From Nemertoderma westbladi (taxonomy: Eukaryota; Animalia; Xenacoelomorpha): a stretch of 47,022 bases of DNA. Position numbers and translations under genes: made by a program. Below are positions 20,803 through 34,300 of this stretch, piece after piece; positions within the stretch are counted from its first letter, which is position 1; the number at the start of each line of letters is the position of its first letter. The stretch is taken from contig JAUCBJ010008042.1 of the NCBI GenBank assembly GCA_032718475.1, positions 1-47,022 on the forward strand, in the 5' to 3' direction. The notes under the pieces were generated by a model. That model saw nothing but the letters and a program-made list of their open reading frames with translations. It had not been told where the DNA came from and did not search any database.

Positions 20803-21949
20803 TGTCTTTTAGTTAATTAAAACACCTTTAGCATACGACAATATTTTATGCTAATAAACAAAACATTACCCGAAGACAGCCCATGCGCGATCATTCACCC
20901 GATGGATCTACACCCGGGAGGCTGAATTCGGCTGCTTAAATTTTATTATTGCAGTGTAAGGTTGCAGTGTAAACTCTACTGTATTATTCGATTGATCACT
21001 AATAATTAATTTCTGACAGATATTATTGGCTTTCGGGAAATATTAACAGTTCCTTTAGGACGTGGCGCTTTATCTATTTAAACAGAACTAGGACTTATAC
21101 TAAACGCAACGATACTGCTTATGATTAAAGTATAAGGCGCATTCTTTAGGAAATGCTTTGTTACCAATCACAATCATGCACACTATTCTGCCGACCGTCA
21201 GTAAATTTGATCACACATAAAGAGAGCAGCAATTGACTCATGTAGGGTCTGCTAAATAACATTAGATTCAATACACACCACATTAATATAAATCGCAATT
21301 GTTATATATAGCCTGTCTCTCTAACCTGTAGTGTATCAAGAAAATTGGGAAATTTGGGTGATTTATCAGTATTCTCCAAAGAGCAATATTTCCATCAACA
21401 AATAGATACAATTAATAACTGACGGTAAATAACAGTACAAACAATATGATTAATAGTGAGTTAATTAGATCAGATAAGATTGATTGATTAGTTGATAACA
21501 GTTTATACTTTCGATAATTTAAGCAGTTTTACTAGAGTTCTTCCCAAAAAGCCGGTGTTATGGCGAAAATGGGAACACAACAACAGAATCATATAAAATC
21601 ATATGACTACTTGACTATACGAGGATACCAACTACCCTTATTCCCCGAAGCTCCCGTCCAACACAGAGGATGAGCAGTGAGATAGGAAAATTCAGTTCAG
21701 TAGCTCTGGGATAGGTCAAAATCAACGCCCACTCAAATTCTATTGGCCGACGGACAGCAGGGCTAAGGCAACCTCCCTAAGCTGGTTGGCCGATCGAACA
21801 GAACCCAGATACTCTCCGTACAGCCCATCAGCCAATAAGCTGGTAGCTTGCACTATTTTACCTATAGATCCCTTTTAGAGTATTCTAGCGACCGGGGGGG
21901 AACTGGCCAGCAAGGCAAACGAATCAGTTATCCCACAAAAGCTTTTACA
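20803..21949 (-). repeat. 5' LTR of element 1 (inner boundary tentative)
   Basis: Starts TGTAAAAGC at 21949 on the minus strand. Homology with the 3' LTR runs to 20820; the nearest terminal CA is at 20804-20803. Confidence 0.9.
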
Positions 21950-23198
21950 GTGTGGCAATCATCATGAAAAGGAACTAATACCATACATTTCTCAAGTTAA
22001 AACGGACTCTGATAGAATACTTGCAACTTCAATTAAGAAGCTGCTAGAAAGAGAGTTTCTTGTAATTGTGGCCTACATGCTACTGTAGCAATGGTGGAAC
22101 TGAGGTTGACCGGTTAAAATATATCAAAGAAAGTGCTAGCTTAGCAACACTATGGTAATATTCTCAAAAACACGATTCATATATCCATCCTTTAACTGTG
22201 ATAACCACAAAGTGATCAAACTGATGAGATGTGCTGCGTGTGTTGAAAATTGCCGATACGCCATTTACACTCAGGAGAGAGTGTATCCTAGACATACTCC
22301 AAAAGGACTGGGAATGGGGATGTGCCTAAGTTTACTAGGGCGGTTGGCTCAATTTCAAACCACTTTTATAATTTACTAATTGCTTTGTATAAGCCAGAAC
22401 CATAGTGTGCTTTATATTTTTATTCTTTTACCATTTTAAAAGAAATGTCTGCTTGTGTCCGCAGAGCCGCAGTACAGTAAACGTATTTGGTGTCATATCT
22501 GGTCATTGTATAAATTATAAAGCTCGACTTATATTACTATTACTAACTATTATGGTGGCTTTAATCTCGAACTACCAATTATATAAAGTCAAATCATTGT
22601 GTTATATTATTTTATATATGGTTTTTGCAATTTGGTTGGCCATGCAGTTTTTAACATACAATTATTTATCATTGCCAGTGCTTATTTTAATGATAATTGA
22701 ACATTAAAGGCTGGCCGGGCCGTTAAACCGTGCTGAATGAATAAATGATCACATCGGCCTTCCAATTACTACTATCTGACACTCGAATTTTATCGCAATT
22801 TGAGGGTAAACAGTTTGATACGTGCTTACAAAAAGCCACCCCATTGAAACGGATTCTAAAACAGAAAAACATACTGCGCCGGGATTTCCTAACATTATCG
22901 TAGTGGGCGACACATTAAACAACTTCAAAGTCCGCCTCAGTTAAACTGTGACAGCCTTAATGTAAATAATGTCATCTACTTGGTCGTTGCCCAAACTGTA
23001 AAGAATAGTTGGACAAACAACTAGCTTTCAGGGATGCGTTAATCTACATCGCAAACCAGATTAAGGACGAAAAGTTTGGCCTACGCATTCTCAATGCAAG
23101 CCACCATATTATAATCCATCTGTGTATCTTACGAGCATCACTTCTGACAGCTGTTTCAGCCTTCATTGAACTCCTAAAGAATGAACATTACCAATTAG

Positions 23199-24116
23199 CC
23201 CTATTTCAACCGGGCTTTAAAATTGACGTTATTGCACGGGGGGGGGGGGGGGGGGGGTAAATCTACCCCACCTAATATAATGTTGCGTATCTCGAAATCT
23301 TGAGTAGATGCTTGGCCGAAACTTTCTGAACTATAATTTTAATCTATTTGCAACAAAACAAAAATTAAGAAAAAAATTATATCTTTCGATGTCACATTTT
23401 TGGCGGCACCCCAAACACGAAAATTACAAGTTAACCAAAAATTTTCAAATTTGAAAAATACTTTGAGAGTAAGTCAGATTTGTTTCTATTTAGGTTTTCA
23501 ATGGTGCTGATTCCGATGGCAGTGATTATTTTCAATGAAACTGATCCAATGCCAATTTTTGGCGGCACCTCAAAAATGAAAATTACAAGTAAACTTGTAA
23601 TTTTGGTGTTTGGGGTGCCGCCAAAAACCGACAAATCTTCATAAGAATCATTGATAATAATGATTGCCATCGGAATCAGGACCTTTGGAAACATAAATAT
23701 CCAAATATGGAAGTGATTGAAATAATTCGAATTTAGAATTTGAAAAGTGCTATTTACTTGCACTTTTAATATTTGGGTGCTTTAACAAATATACAAAAGC
23801 ATTATTAGAGAGACTATACACCTCTACATGAATCAACTTTACTCGATAAAAGCAATAAACATGACAACAAACAAGAAAACCCCCCGGGTCGAATAAAAAA
23901 TTTGTGAGACCAAATTTTGAGGTGCCTAAAAGATGAAAACTCATCACCTAAAAATCGCAAAACTTTCACGAAATGTTGCAAATAGAAAAATATTAAAAAT
24001 CAGAAAGTTTCAGGACAATAGATGAACAAAATTTCGAGATATATGGAAAAAAAAACAGGGTGGGGTAAATTTCCCCAACCCCCCCCCCCCCCCCCCCCCC
24101 CCAGGTCGAATTAGGG
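23199..24116. mobile_element. Non-autonomous piggyBac-like MITE
   Basis: TTAG|CCCTATTTCAACCGGG ... CCCAGGTCGAATTAGGG|TTAA: imperfect TIRs, TTAA-like target, poly-G and poly-C subterminal tracts, internal inverted repeats. Confidence 0.65.
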
Positions 24117-24320
24117 TTAACATACTGTCAGCAGGAGTTGTCAAGGGGATATTAAAAATGCATTAACGTTTACAGGTTTTTTACGTTAATTTTACTATTA
24201 ACAAAAATTATTCTATTAACATTAACTATATAATTAACTTTTAATATTAAAAAACTATATTAATTCATATGTTCTAATGGCCGCATATTGAATAACATTT
24301 ATACAGTATTTGACCTCTTC

Positions 24321-24752
24321 TTCGTTACACAGTACCGGTATCTAATATATACAGTAAGCCTAGATAACAAACTTTCGTTATACTGTACCGGTATCTAATA
24401 TATACAGTAAGCCTAGATAACAAACTTTCGTTATACAGTACCGGTATCTACTGTAATATATACAGTAGGCTTAGATAACAAACTTTCGTTATACAGTACC
24501 GGTATCTAATATATACAGTAGGCCTAGATAACAAACTTTCGTTATACAGTACCGGTATCTAATATACAGTATACAGTAGGCTTAGATAACAAACTTTCGT
24601 TATACAGTACCGGTATCTAATATATACAGTAGGCCTAGATAACAAACTTTCGTTATACAGTACCGGTATCTAATATATACAGTAGGCTTAGATAACAAAC
24701 TTTCGTTATACAGTACCGGTATCAAATGTATACAGTACGCCGAGATAATAAA
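24321..24752. repeat. 53-bp minisatellite, 8 copies (two units with 5-bp insertions)
   Basis: accggtat at 24334, 24387, 24440, 24498, 24551, 24609, 24662 and 24715. Confidence 0.95.
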
Positions 24753-25192
24753 CTAACAACCAACAACAACTAATCTCTAATAACTGATATTCTTATATAC
24801 CGCGAATAGCGAATTTAAATCACTATATATATATAATATATTGTGAAATGTATATTGATAGGCTAAATATACTGTAATTAATTAATTGCATTAGTTTGAA
24901 AATTTTTATTTGTATTTGTTAGACACACACTCAAAATAAAACAAAAAATACAGTACAGTTCATACGAATAGCAACCACATAATTTCAGCTAAACTATAAA
25001 CTTACTGCGAAGTAGGTAGCGTACATAATAGAGAGGTGTGAACTCTACGCCGGATACCGACAGCAGACAATAACAGCCGACAACAGTAAACGTTAATGGA
25101 AATGCGAAAGTAAAAAGCTAAGCCTATAGTTTTAACTTGAAAGACAGGTTCGTTTAAAGCCAGCTTGATGGCGTTCTACAGTAGTATAAATT

Positions 25193-25400
25193 ATAAAAAT
25201 CACATTATTGTTTGTGCTTTTAGCTGCTCAAGCCCTGGTTATCAAGAGATTGATAGCAGATGCTCCTTGTGAGGAGTTAGAAGATCTTGCAGGTAATCTG
25301 TGCGCCGGATGGGCGGCTATTGGAGAGTGTACCAACAACCCCGACTACATGTACCGAATGTGCCAGAAAAGCTGCAACATATGTGATGACGGTTACGACG
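25193..25400 (+). CDS. ShKT/mucin gene, first coding exon: signal peptide plus ShKT domain 1 (5' boundary uncertain: ATA at 25193 or acceptor before 25224)
   Basis: IKITLLFVLLAAQALVIKR..CEELEDLAGNLCAGWAAIGECTNNPDYMYRMCQKSCNIC; six-Cys ShKT pattern; phase-1 donor G|GTAGGT at 25401. Confidence 0.85.
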
Positions 25401-25917
25401 GTAGGTTTACTATATATTCCGGAAAAAGGCTCAACCTCGGACAAATTGTATCGTAAATATAATTTAAGATTTTCTAGACCAAATTCTATGCTTATCTACA
25501 GTGCATATACAAAATCAGTCAAAATCAGGTTATTGCAACTTACTTACAAAAACTAATTCACCATGGAAACAGGTAGTCAAATTAATCATCTCTTTCCTAT
25601 AATCCTATGGAATTGTAACCTTGATGAACGGATCTACCACACCTAAATCAATATCGGAAAATCCGATGGAGTACTTTTGAAAATTGTTTATCACGGTAAC
25701 TGTTAGGCACTATTACGGTATGTCAATTACATTATGTGTACTGTAAGAAGCTAAAAATTAAATAAACCAATGCAAACCCAAGGACTCCTACGTTAAGTTA
25801 TGGCGGGCGCCACACGAACTTCCAGGGTTGAATAATCTCTAAGTATTTACTACGACGCCATGGTTACTAATTAGTTAATTATGGTAAATAATAATATTTT
25901 TGCTTGTAATTTTTCAG

Positions 25918-26046
25918 ATTGCGTTGAGTTGGATGACAAGGATTTCCATTGTCCAGGTTGGGCTGCCGACGGGGAATGTCTCGCCAATAAGGGATACATG
26001 TACACCAACTGCCAGACATCTTGCAACAAGTGTGACGACGGTGACG
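25918..26046 (+). CDS. ShKT/mucin gene exon: ShKT domain 2
   Basis: ttttcag| acceptor, |GTGAGT donor, 129 nt, phase 1-1; DCVELDDKDFHCPGWAADGECLANKGYMYTNCQTSCNKC. Confidence 0.92.
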
Positions 26047-26281
26047 GTGAGTTAGGTGAAAATCCAATTGTATCGATGCATGTCATCTACTACAAAATAT
26101 AAACTATTCCAGCCATAACAACATTATACCAAGTCCTTCCATCACACAGACCGGGGTGGGATTCCAAATGGAATTATGTCGAATATTTTATAATAATTTT
26201 TCTCCAAAACACGATCTGCAGAAGTCGGACTTTATTGGACCACCACAGGACTTTATAATCCGACGCCAGTTAAGGTCGTAA

Positions 26282-26400
26282 AAGGGAGCACTCAATAAGG
26301 GAGCACTCAATAAGGGAGCACTCAATAAGGGAGCACTCAATAAGGGAGCACTAATAAGGGAGCACTCAATAAGGGAGCACTCAATAAGGGAGCACTCAAT
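26282..26400. repeat. 15-bp minisatellite, 8 copies
   Basis: aagggagcactcaat x8 (one unit is 14 bp). Confidence 0.95.
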
Positions 26401-26743
26401 AAAGGCAGAGTCTACTACATTGTGTTATTGATTCTGCAGGGTGTCTTCTGGTTAAATTGAATGGATAGATGTTACTTTACGGGGAAAGCGAAACGGAATC
26501 TCCGAACTTTCTTTACCTTGCCTAGTATGGTGCATTACCGGCCTGCTGCATATTGAGTTGTTATGTTGGCTTAACAAAAATATTTTTGCCACAACCATAC
26601 AATCCACAATAATTTGCATTCTCCAATGCCGCGTGCATTAAGAATGATATTCCGGCCGGTTAATCGACAAAATTGCGCCGCCACAACTCCCTAACCACCA
26701 TATCTTTCGTGAGATTATCCGCACCTTGCCGGTGTCCTTTAAG

Positions 26744-28027
26744 CAGGGTTGATAAAAATCATGATTTTTAAAAAAAAATCAAAAAAATCAGATTTTTTTG
26801 ATTTAAATCAGATTTTTATGATTTAAATCGGGTGACTAAAAAGCAAAGACCCAAGTAACAAAGACCTGTATGAAACACATGTGTTAACTTTCGTTTATTG
26901 TTTTGGTTTACCAAACACGCCTCTGTAACCTGCTCCTTTACTAACCTGCTCCTGTAAATGGCAATGGGACCTAATGCTCTATATGGCAATGGGACCTAAT
27001 CCCCTTTAGGACGTAACGCATCTTTACCTCTTCGTTTTGTAGAGTTCCCAAAGCTCATTAGGTTACATTGCATTTAAAGGAACAGGTTAGTAAAGGAGCA
27101 TGTTACAGGGGCTTGTTTGGGGAACCAAAACAATAAACGAAAGTTAACACATGTAACAAGATTATGCAGGTCTTTATTATTTGGGTCTTTGTTTTGTAGT
27201 CACCCATTTAAATCAGATTTTTTTATTTAAATCACATTTTTTTATTTAAATCAGATTTTTTTATTTAAATCAGATTTTTTTATTTAAATCAGAATTTATA
27301 TGAAAACTTTGTGAAAACTTCTCGCTCCATCAATGCCCTCTTGTTTAAACGGGATCCCGATCCTTATACCGAAAAACCGGGAACCCAGCGAAATATCCAA
27401 TCCCGATTCCGACTTTTTCGGAACGGGATCCCGAAGTTTAAAGTGTTAAATAAATTTGTTGAACATCTAAAAAAAGTTCCAGCAGAACGGAAATGTTTTG
27501 ATTATATCTAATTTTTATTTATTATTATTTCAGTAATAAATTATAAGATATTATAATATAACTTTATCTTACTAATATTTCAGAAGTGTCAAATAAAGTG
27601 AGTGTTACCGAAAACTCGCCACATATACTATTAACTTTTAGGAATTTAATCTAAAATTACACGGGATCTCGAGAGTGATAATCTAGGTCCCGATCCCGGA
27701 AATCCCGAAAAGTCTGAATTCGAATATAAACTAAATAAACAAAAAACTGAATAGAACTCTAAACTACAACTTAATTAATGGTCCTGTGTATACTGTATGG
27801 TATTGAAAATGCGAGATGATACTGTATTTTCATGTAAATATTTAGGTAATTTGAATCATTTATTAATAATCAATAATGCAATGTTAATCCTGGCCTTAAA
27901 GCATGATTGATAAAATTCATGATATTAAAAAAATCAAAAAAATCTGATTTTTTTGATTTTTATATGTGATTTAAATCATGATTTAAATCAATGATTTAAA
28001 TCAAATGATTTAAATCAAACAACCCTG
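26744..28027. mobile_element. Non-autonomous hAT-like element
   Basis: CAGGGTTG...CAACCCTG termini, perfect 8-bp TSD CCTTTAAG, many subterminal GATTTAAATC motifs. Confidence 0.9.
26830..27205. mobile_element. Mutator-like MITE nested in the hAT element
   Basis: GGGTGACT...AGTCACCC long imperfect TIRs (over 100 bp), flanked by 9-bp ATTTAAATC on both sides; partial relative at about 40080-40140. Confidence 0.8.
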
Positions 28028-29876
28028 CCTTTAAGGGTTGTCTCAAGAAAGTCATGGGCTGCAGTCGAGGTGCAGTTTTTTTAAACCCGCCAATGGAAAT
28101 GAAACAATGGTTGCCATAACATAACAAAAAATGCCATAACTTGTTTTAAAACAAAATGTTAAAATTTTGTCAACACAATTGTTGCGCGGAATATTCCTCT
28201 ACATAATTCTACGTACAAACAGAACGAAAAAAGTAGTTAAAAAGTAGACTAGAGAGAAAGACAATAGAGATAAGACAATAGAGAAAGTGTCCAAAGCCAA
28301 CGCGAGAATAATGACAATAGAATTTCCTCTTTATTACAACTGAATACCACACATGCATCAAAAGTACTGTACCAAGAGCACCAAAATTACAAATTTTCAA
28401 AGTTTGGGTGAAAATTAAAAATAAAGCCCCAACTCGAGAACGAAACTAATTATCGAAAAACTGATTTCAGATTCCGAATCACCATAAAATTTTACACCGG
28501 AAAACACATAGTTGTACCATGTTTTCCGGGATTCAAGTAATTGTGTTCAAGTAATTCCGGGATTCCGAGTGATTGGAATTATTGTTTACTTTTAAATACG
28601 ACTAATATATTTATATTGAGTTTGGATGCAAAGGAATTTATTTTGGGGTAGGGGGTAGCTGTTTTGGACAGTTTTTTAATGTCAATTATTTAATCCTATC
28701 ACGTGCCTCCTTTAATGGAGATTTCAAATCTGCAAGCAGGTTTCTAATTTATCTTTTCTCAAACTCAAGTTATTAGCCAAAACGAAAGCCCTAGTCATAT
28801 TTTTGACAATCCTTCGAGCAGCACAAACTTTTACAGATGAATAAGGCCCTTTTCACAAAAAGGCTCTCACGGTACAGATATGAATACAATTGCTAAAAAG
28901 TTGCTTTATTGGAATTATATTTTTAGCAATGATAAAAAATTTCGTTGAATTTCATTCATTTTTGAGAAAATTATTGTTGAACAAAGAAAATTGGGATTAT
29001 CTAAAATAGCGGAAAGGTTTGAATTGTTCCTTAAACTTTAAATACCTACTGTATATCACAAATGACCTTTTACATGAAAAAGGTTGTTTCTCCTCTAATT
29101 TTAACTAAAATGAGTTGAAATTTGGAAAACCTGTTCAGAACACAATTGTATATAAATCTTCTGAACAAATTTTGCCTCAAATGTTATGGTACCTTTTTAG
29201 ATCAAAAAGGTCCAAAATTAGCCCTGTTTGTGCCTTTTTGTTCTAAAAGTGCTCCAGAACATTTGGGGCAATATTTGTTCAGAAGAATTGGATGCAGTAA
29301 ATAAATATGCACAAATATTAGTGGAGAAATAGCCTTTGGCGCAAAAAGGCACTTTTGGACATTACAGTACTGTAGGCATACAATTTTGGGAGCAATTATA
29401 AGATATTTGTTTTGGTTATTCTTAAACAGCCCAGACAATGATGTAAAATAATTTTCACCCAATTTTAGGGTGCAGAGACACCAAAATGCTGTTCCTTTTT
29501 GGGGTGCAACACCACCACCCCCCCCCCCCCCCCTTAATCGATTTTTAAGAAGTGTTAAGGGATATATATAGGAACTCATCTAGGGGTCAAGTGCTAAGTG
29601 TACTCAGTAAGCCAACTGAGACGAGAGTCAGTGTCTATGGATATGAATATAGAGAGAGGTGTCCCAAGAAAAGTTCTAATGAGAGGACGGGGGTTAATGT
29701 ATCTCATTATAGGGGTAAAGGACACCCAACAACATGGGTCTGTGTTTCCATCAGTAGTGGATACAAATGTCGCGAATCGCCATAAACAGATGTGTTTGCA
29801 GAATTAATATACTCATTGGGAATCCAATAAGCCGAAACAATTTGAACAAGTGAGGACGTGCCACAGAATCGCAGGC

Positions 29877-31262
29877 TGTTCGCTAACGCCGCAAAGATAC
29901 GCATTTATTTTTCTTTGTTTTTGAATATGATCATGTTTATGTACTATTCCGTCTTTATTTCCTTTTACCCATTTATTATTATTATTACCGCACGTTTATT
30001 TGCTAATTATCTCTTTCGTATTTATCCCAGTATCATTTTCATTGATCTTTCATTTGTTCTATAATTGTTTACACTACTTTCGTATTACTTTGTTTCCGTT
30101 ATTTCACATATTTTACCTTTACATAATCACTTTACATACTTACCCTGACCCGTGCTTGTTCCGTCTCCCAGAAAGTAATTTTGTAAGAAATTCAAATAGT
30201 CCTTAATTAACAAACATTATAGTGATATTTTTTGATTTGAAAGCTATCATTGATAAAACTTCAGTCTAGATTTGTTTCTTTTTGGAATATTTTACACCTT
30301 TGTATTATTACCCTTCATTCTTGCTGGTCTAAATGTTCGAACCTTTATTTGATTCTCGGCCAATTTAATAAATAATAGCGTAGATATCATCCTTTGACCC
30401 TGAGACGCTTGACGACGTCCAGCAGTCTTGTGGTTTTCATAAGTAGGCTGCCCGTGATCCTCTTACAAGGCTCTCGGCGGGCTAGCTGACCATTATACAG
30501 TATATTAGTATCTCATCAATCATTTCTCAGTAGGCTGCCTGTGATCCCCTAACAAGGCTCTCGGCGGGTTGGCTGACCATATCACACATCAAATTAATAT
30601 TTCATTTGGGCGAGAGTCAGATATTGGTTCGTGTACATTTCTGACAGCGAAGATCACCCCATCTATATCCATCCACATTGTAAATTAATTAATACATCAC
30701 TGCTCTAACCAATCAAAATAGAGATTCACTTCACACCTTTTCCAATGATAAACACAATCTAGCTTTCCTGATTGACCTCTCAATTATCCCCATCGCAAGT
30801 AATTCAGCTTTCAATCTCTTTAAATATCAAATTGCTCTTCATTCTATGCCTTTTTATATTTCTGGGTGACGCACAAGATTTTTTACCGCTCTACAACCGT
30901 CCATCTCTTATATGTCGGTTATACATCCGTTAAATTTACCGCTCCACAACTTTGCTTTATTTCTTTCGAATGTTCTTTATTTTTCCCTATTTTTTATCGT
31001 TTCCTTGATCGATTGTACATTATTATTCTCCAATGTCCTTTTGTTTATGCGTATAATTTCGACGTTCAAAAACTATTTCAAATAGAAACAATACTGCAGT
31101 TTACGCCAAAATAATAAATTACATTTCATTTGCAACTATTTCTTTTTGTCTCACTTCAAATACATCAATAAATAACCAGATTTATAATTCCATCGTTCCT
31201 TTTTTATGAGCGTGTTAATATAATGAAAATTTAGCGTCACCTTGAGTATTAGTACACGCACA
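29877..31262 (+). repeat. 5' LTR of element 2
   Basis: TGTTCGCTAAC...CACGCACA; about 4 substitutions versus the 3' LTR seen by eye. Confidence 0.97.
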
Positions 31263-31345
31263 TTTCGTAAAAAATCTTGTCGTGAGCTCTTCCTGAAGTA
31301 TACCTACAGTAATATAGATTGAAAGTACAGTAGAAATTCTCAAAG

Positions 31346-34300
31346 ATGAACTCTGACCACGGTGCATCATCAGATGGAAACCAACGAGCCGCAGCCGCCA
31401 CCAATGCCGTTGCTGATGACCACGAATCTCTAACGGATCTTCTGAGTCACGGAAGAATACTGGGTGGATTCAAATCTACATTCACGAAGCTCGGAAACCG
31501 CTTCAGGTCCTCCATAGACGATGAACAACCATTCGAAACTGTCGCAACTCTCTGGTGTGACGTCAAAATTGCATTTGGTAAGTACGAAAATAAGGCGAAA
31601 AAATTTATCTCACTTTCTGATTATAATAAAGATATGAACACTTCAACTAAAATTCGTAACGATCTGAACGTTATTTCCACGCAATTAAACGAATTAAATA
31701 ATTTATTTGAGAGTTATTCTGTCATTGTCGGAGCTTCTAAAGAACGAGCTATAGCTTCCAGTACAGTAGATCAATCATCTAAAGATTTTGTTTCAGGTTC
31801 TCCAGCTAGTTCGATCCCACTAGATGACACCATAATACGTGGATCTCACAAACCCCTGCAAAGTGATAAACCATTTTACAGTACGGTACAAGTTCAGGTA
31901 TCTCAACGGAGTGATAACTCTACAACGAATTCAGTAAAACCTAAAACTGTACTTATTAAGAATAAGTTTACTGCCTCAGATTCTCCTTTACAGGATAGCT
32001 CACAGCCACACGCTGATAATTTGTCTCGATCGTTCTCAGGTACTCGACGCACATTCGGTGATATAATATCCAAAAGAACTGTAAGTTATACGAACCAAAA
32101 GTTACAAGATGATGTAGGAGTCCACGATTCTGTTAGTAATACAGTGTCTGGTAGCAAAATATCCACTTCTAATTCCAAATTATCTTCACTTGCTCGTGCA
32201 GCACGTCTCAAAGTTCAAAAATCTAAATTAAATCTAGAACAATCACAACGCTTAACTGACTTAAATACGTTAGACTTGAAACTCAATTCAAAACGAGAAC
32301 AATTATCCAGACAAATGGAATTAGAAAATGCCATATTAGAAGAGGAATTTTACAGCCACGAACTATCTGGAAATTTAAAGCCCAGTAATGTAGCAATAGC
32401 GCCGTCTAGTGTTGCTGTTGATTCAGTTATTTCAAACAGCCCTAAAACTAGTATTCATTCAAACCATACTTACGAAACTTCATACTCTATGAATAATAAT
32501 TGTATACCATCTGTAGCAGTTCCTGTTTATTCCGTGAGTAATATTTGTGTCCCACTTCCAAACAATCCTATATTAACTAACACCGTCTATTCTAGTTCAC
32601 ATCCTGGTATGACTACTTCCGTACAACGAAATTTAACTGTAAATGACTATTCCAATATACACCCAACTTATCCGATTCAATCTCATCTTAACCCTACAGC
32701 CAGTCCTTATAACCCAGTAACTTTTTTCAGCAGTGTATCGAACGCTAATTCTACTCAGAATCATACAATGTACTATCCAAGTTCAAATATTACAGGTCCT
32801 GAGAATTTCCCCACACGATCAACCGATACAAAAACAATGAATTCCCAGTCCAACCCATCAGATAACCTAGACCATTCTATTTTACTTAGACTGAGTCTTC
32901 CTCGCCCAGACCCTATCAAGTTTGATGGAAAACCAGTAGATTTTTTACGCTTCCAGCAAACCTTTCACAACCTTATAAGTTCTAAACCTATTTCAGATTG
33001 TGAAAAGTTAATGTATCTAATTCAATTCACTATAGGCGAGCCACGTAGGTTAATAGAACGTTACCAAAGTATACACAATGGTTACGAACAGGCATGGTTA
33101 CTACTTAAGGATAGGTTTGGACATCCATCTAAAGTAGTTAAGTCTGTAATTTCACAACTTACCCAAGGTCAGCGTCTAAACAACTCCCCCGAAGATCTAC
33201 TTAAGTTCGCTGATGATTTATCATTAAGCCTTTCAACACTGGATAGTATAGGCTGTAAGACTGAACTTAATACTACCGGGAATATGGATTTAATTGCAAA
33301 TAGACTTCCTAATGAGCAATTCAATCGTTGGCAGCGAAAAGCTACTCGTCTTTATGATTTATATAAACTAGAACCCCCTATTACTGAACTAATAGAATTT
33401 ATAAAAGAGGAAGCTCGCGTCCTTAACCACCCCGTCTATTCTAGAACAACAAAACGCCCTCCTCACCTTGTTCCTGTCAGTAGTAGTCACTCCAGCTATA
33501 AGCCACAAGTAAAATCAGTTAATTTAGTTGAATCTACTAAACCTAAATTTACTACTACTACCTCACAGTCTCAACCTATTTCGGAAAACAAAACGTATTG
33601 CTTCTATTGTAAAGGCCAGTATCATAGAATATACACCTGTAAAGATTTTCTAGCTTTAAGCCCCACAGACCGCCATAAACATGCTACAGATTTAAGCTTA
33701 TGTTACAATTGTATAGGCGGAAAACATATAGTCGCTAATTGTAACTCTAAACTGTCCTGTAAAACATGCGGCGCTCGTCACCATAGCTTGTTACATTTCG
33801 ATTCTCCTAAAACTACTGTAGAGTCACTTACTGTTACTGCACCAAGATCTGTTAAGTCTCACGTTACTAGTAAAAGTACATTAAGTGATTGTGTAGTTGT
33901 GTCACCTACATCGAATTTGATTCAGACTGACCCCCTTATAACGGAATCGTCCAACACCTGTTATACTCAAGTCCGTAATACTGGACTCCAAACCGTCCCC
34001 ATTCAACTTTTTGTACCTAATGGTAATTCTGTCTCGACCTACGCTTTACTAGATACTGGTTCAACGACTTCGTTTGTTGATGCAGATGTTCTAGAACAAT
34101 TGAATAGTCCCCCTTCGTCCTTTAAGATGGTTAGAATTCTTACATGTGTGAACAATAGCGCTTCAGTAGAAATAGGAAAGGCCTCGTGTTCTGTTTCGTC
34201 TGTCCATTCACCCGACTCTGTTATTCTAGAACAAGTAGAGTTCGATGTCATTAGAGGCTTTCGAAATAATTTCCGACCACATAATCACTGGGACATTTCT

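Larger units (their letters stand above)
3211..21949 (-). mobile_element. Giant BEL/Pao LTR retrotransposon (element 1, about 18.7 kb) with extra 3' ORFs
   Basis: Direct repeats at 3211-4337 and 20820-21949; gag with triple zinc knuckle; PR-RT-RH-IN order with BEL motifs; PPT next to the 3' LTR. Confidence 0.95.

Noticed and set aside
21950-22090. Possible continuation of the Penelope relic beyond element 1
   Set aside because: Translation (CGNHHEKELIPYISQVKTDSDRIL) is only vaguely similar to a GIY-YIG tail and cannot be supported without alignment.
22746-22805. Possible upstream ATG exon (MITSAFQLLLSDTRILSQFE) with a phase-1 GT donor for the ShKT gene
   Set aside because: Does not form a plausible signal peptide and has no other support.
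24321-24752. CRISPR-like appearance of the 53-, 38- and 15-bp arrays
   Set aside because: No unique spacers, no cas genes, and a eukaryotic context.
28030-29560. Additional MITE-like fragments with poly-C and a TTAA end
   Set aside because: Could not pair termini or find a TSD by eye.
29858-31114. Hydrophobic short ORFs in both LTRs of element 2
   Set aside because: By-product of T-rich LTR sequence; duplicated only because the LTRs are.
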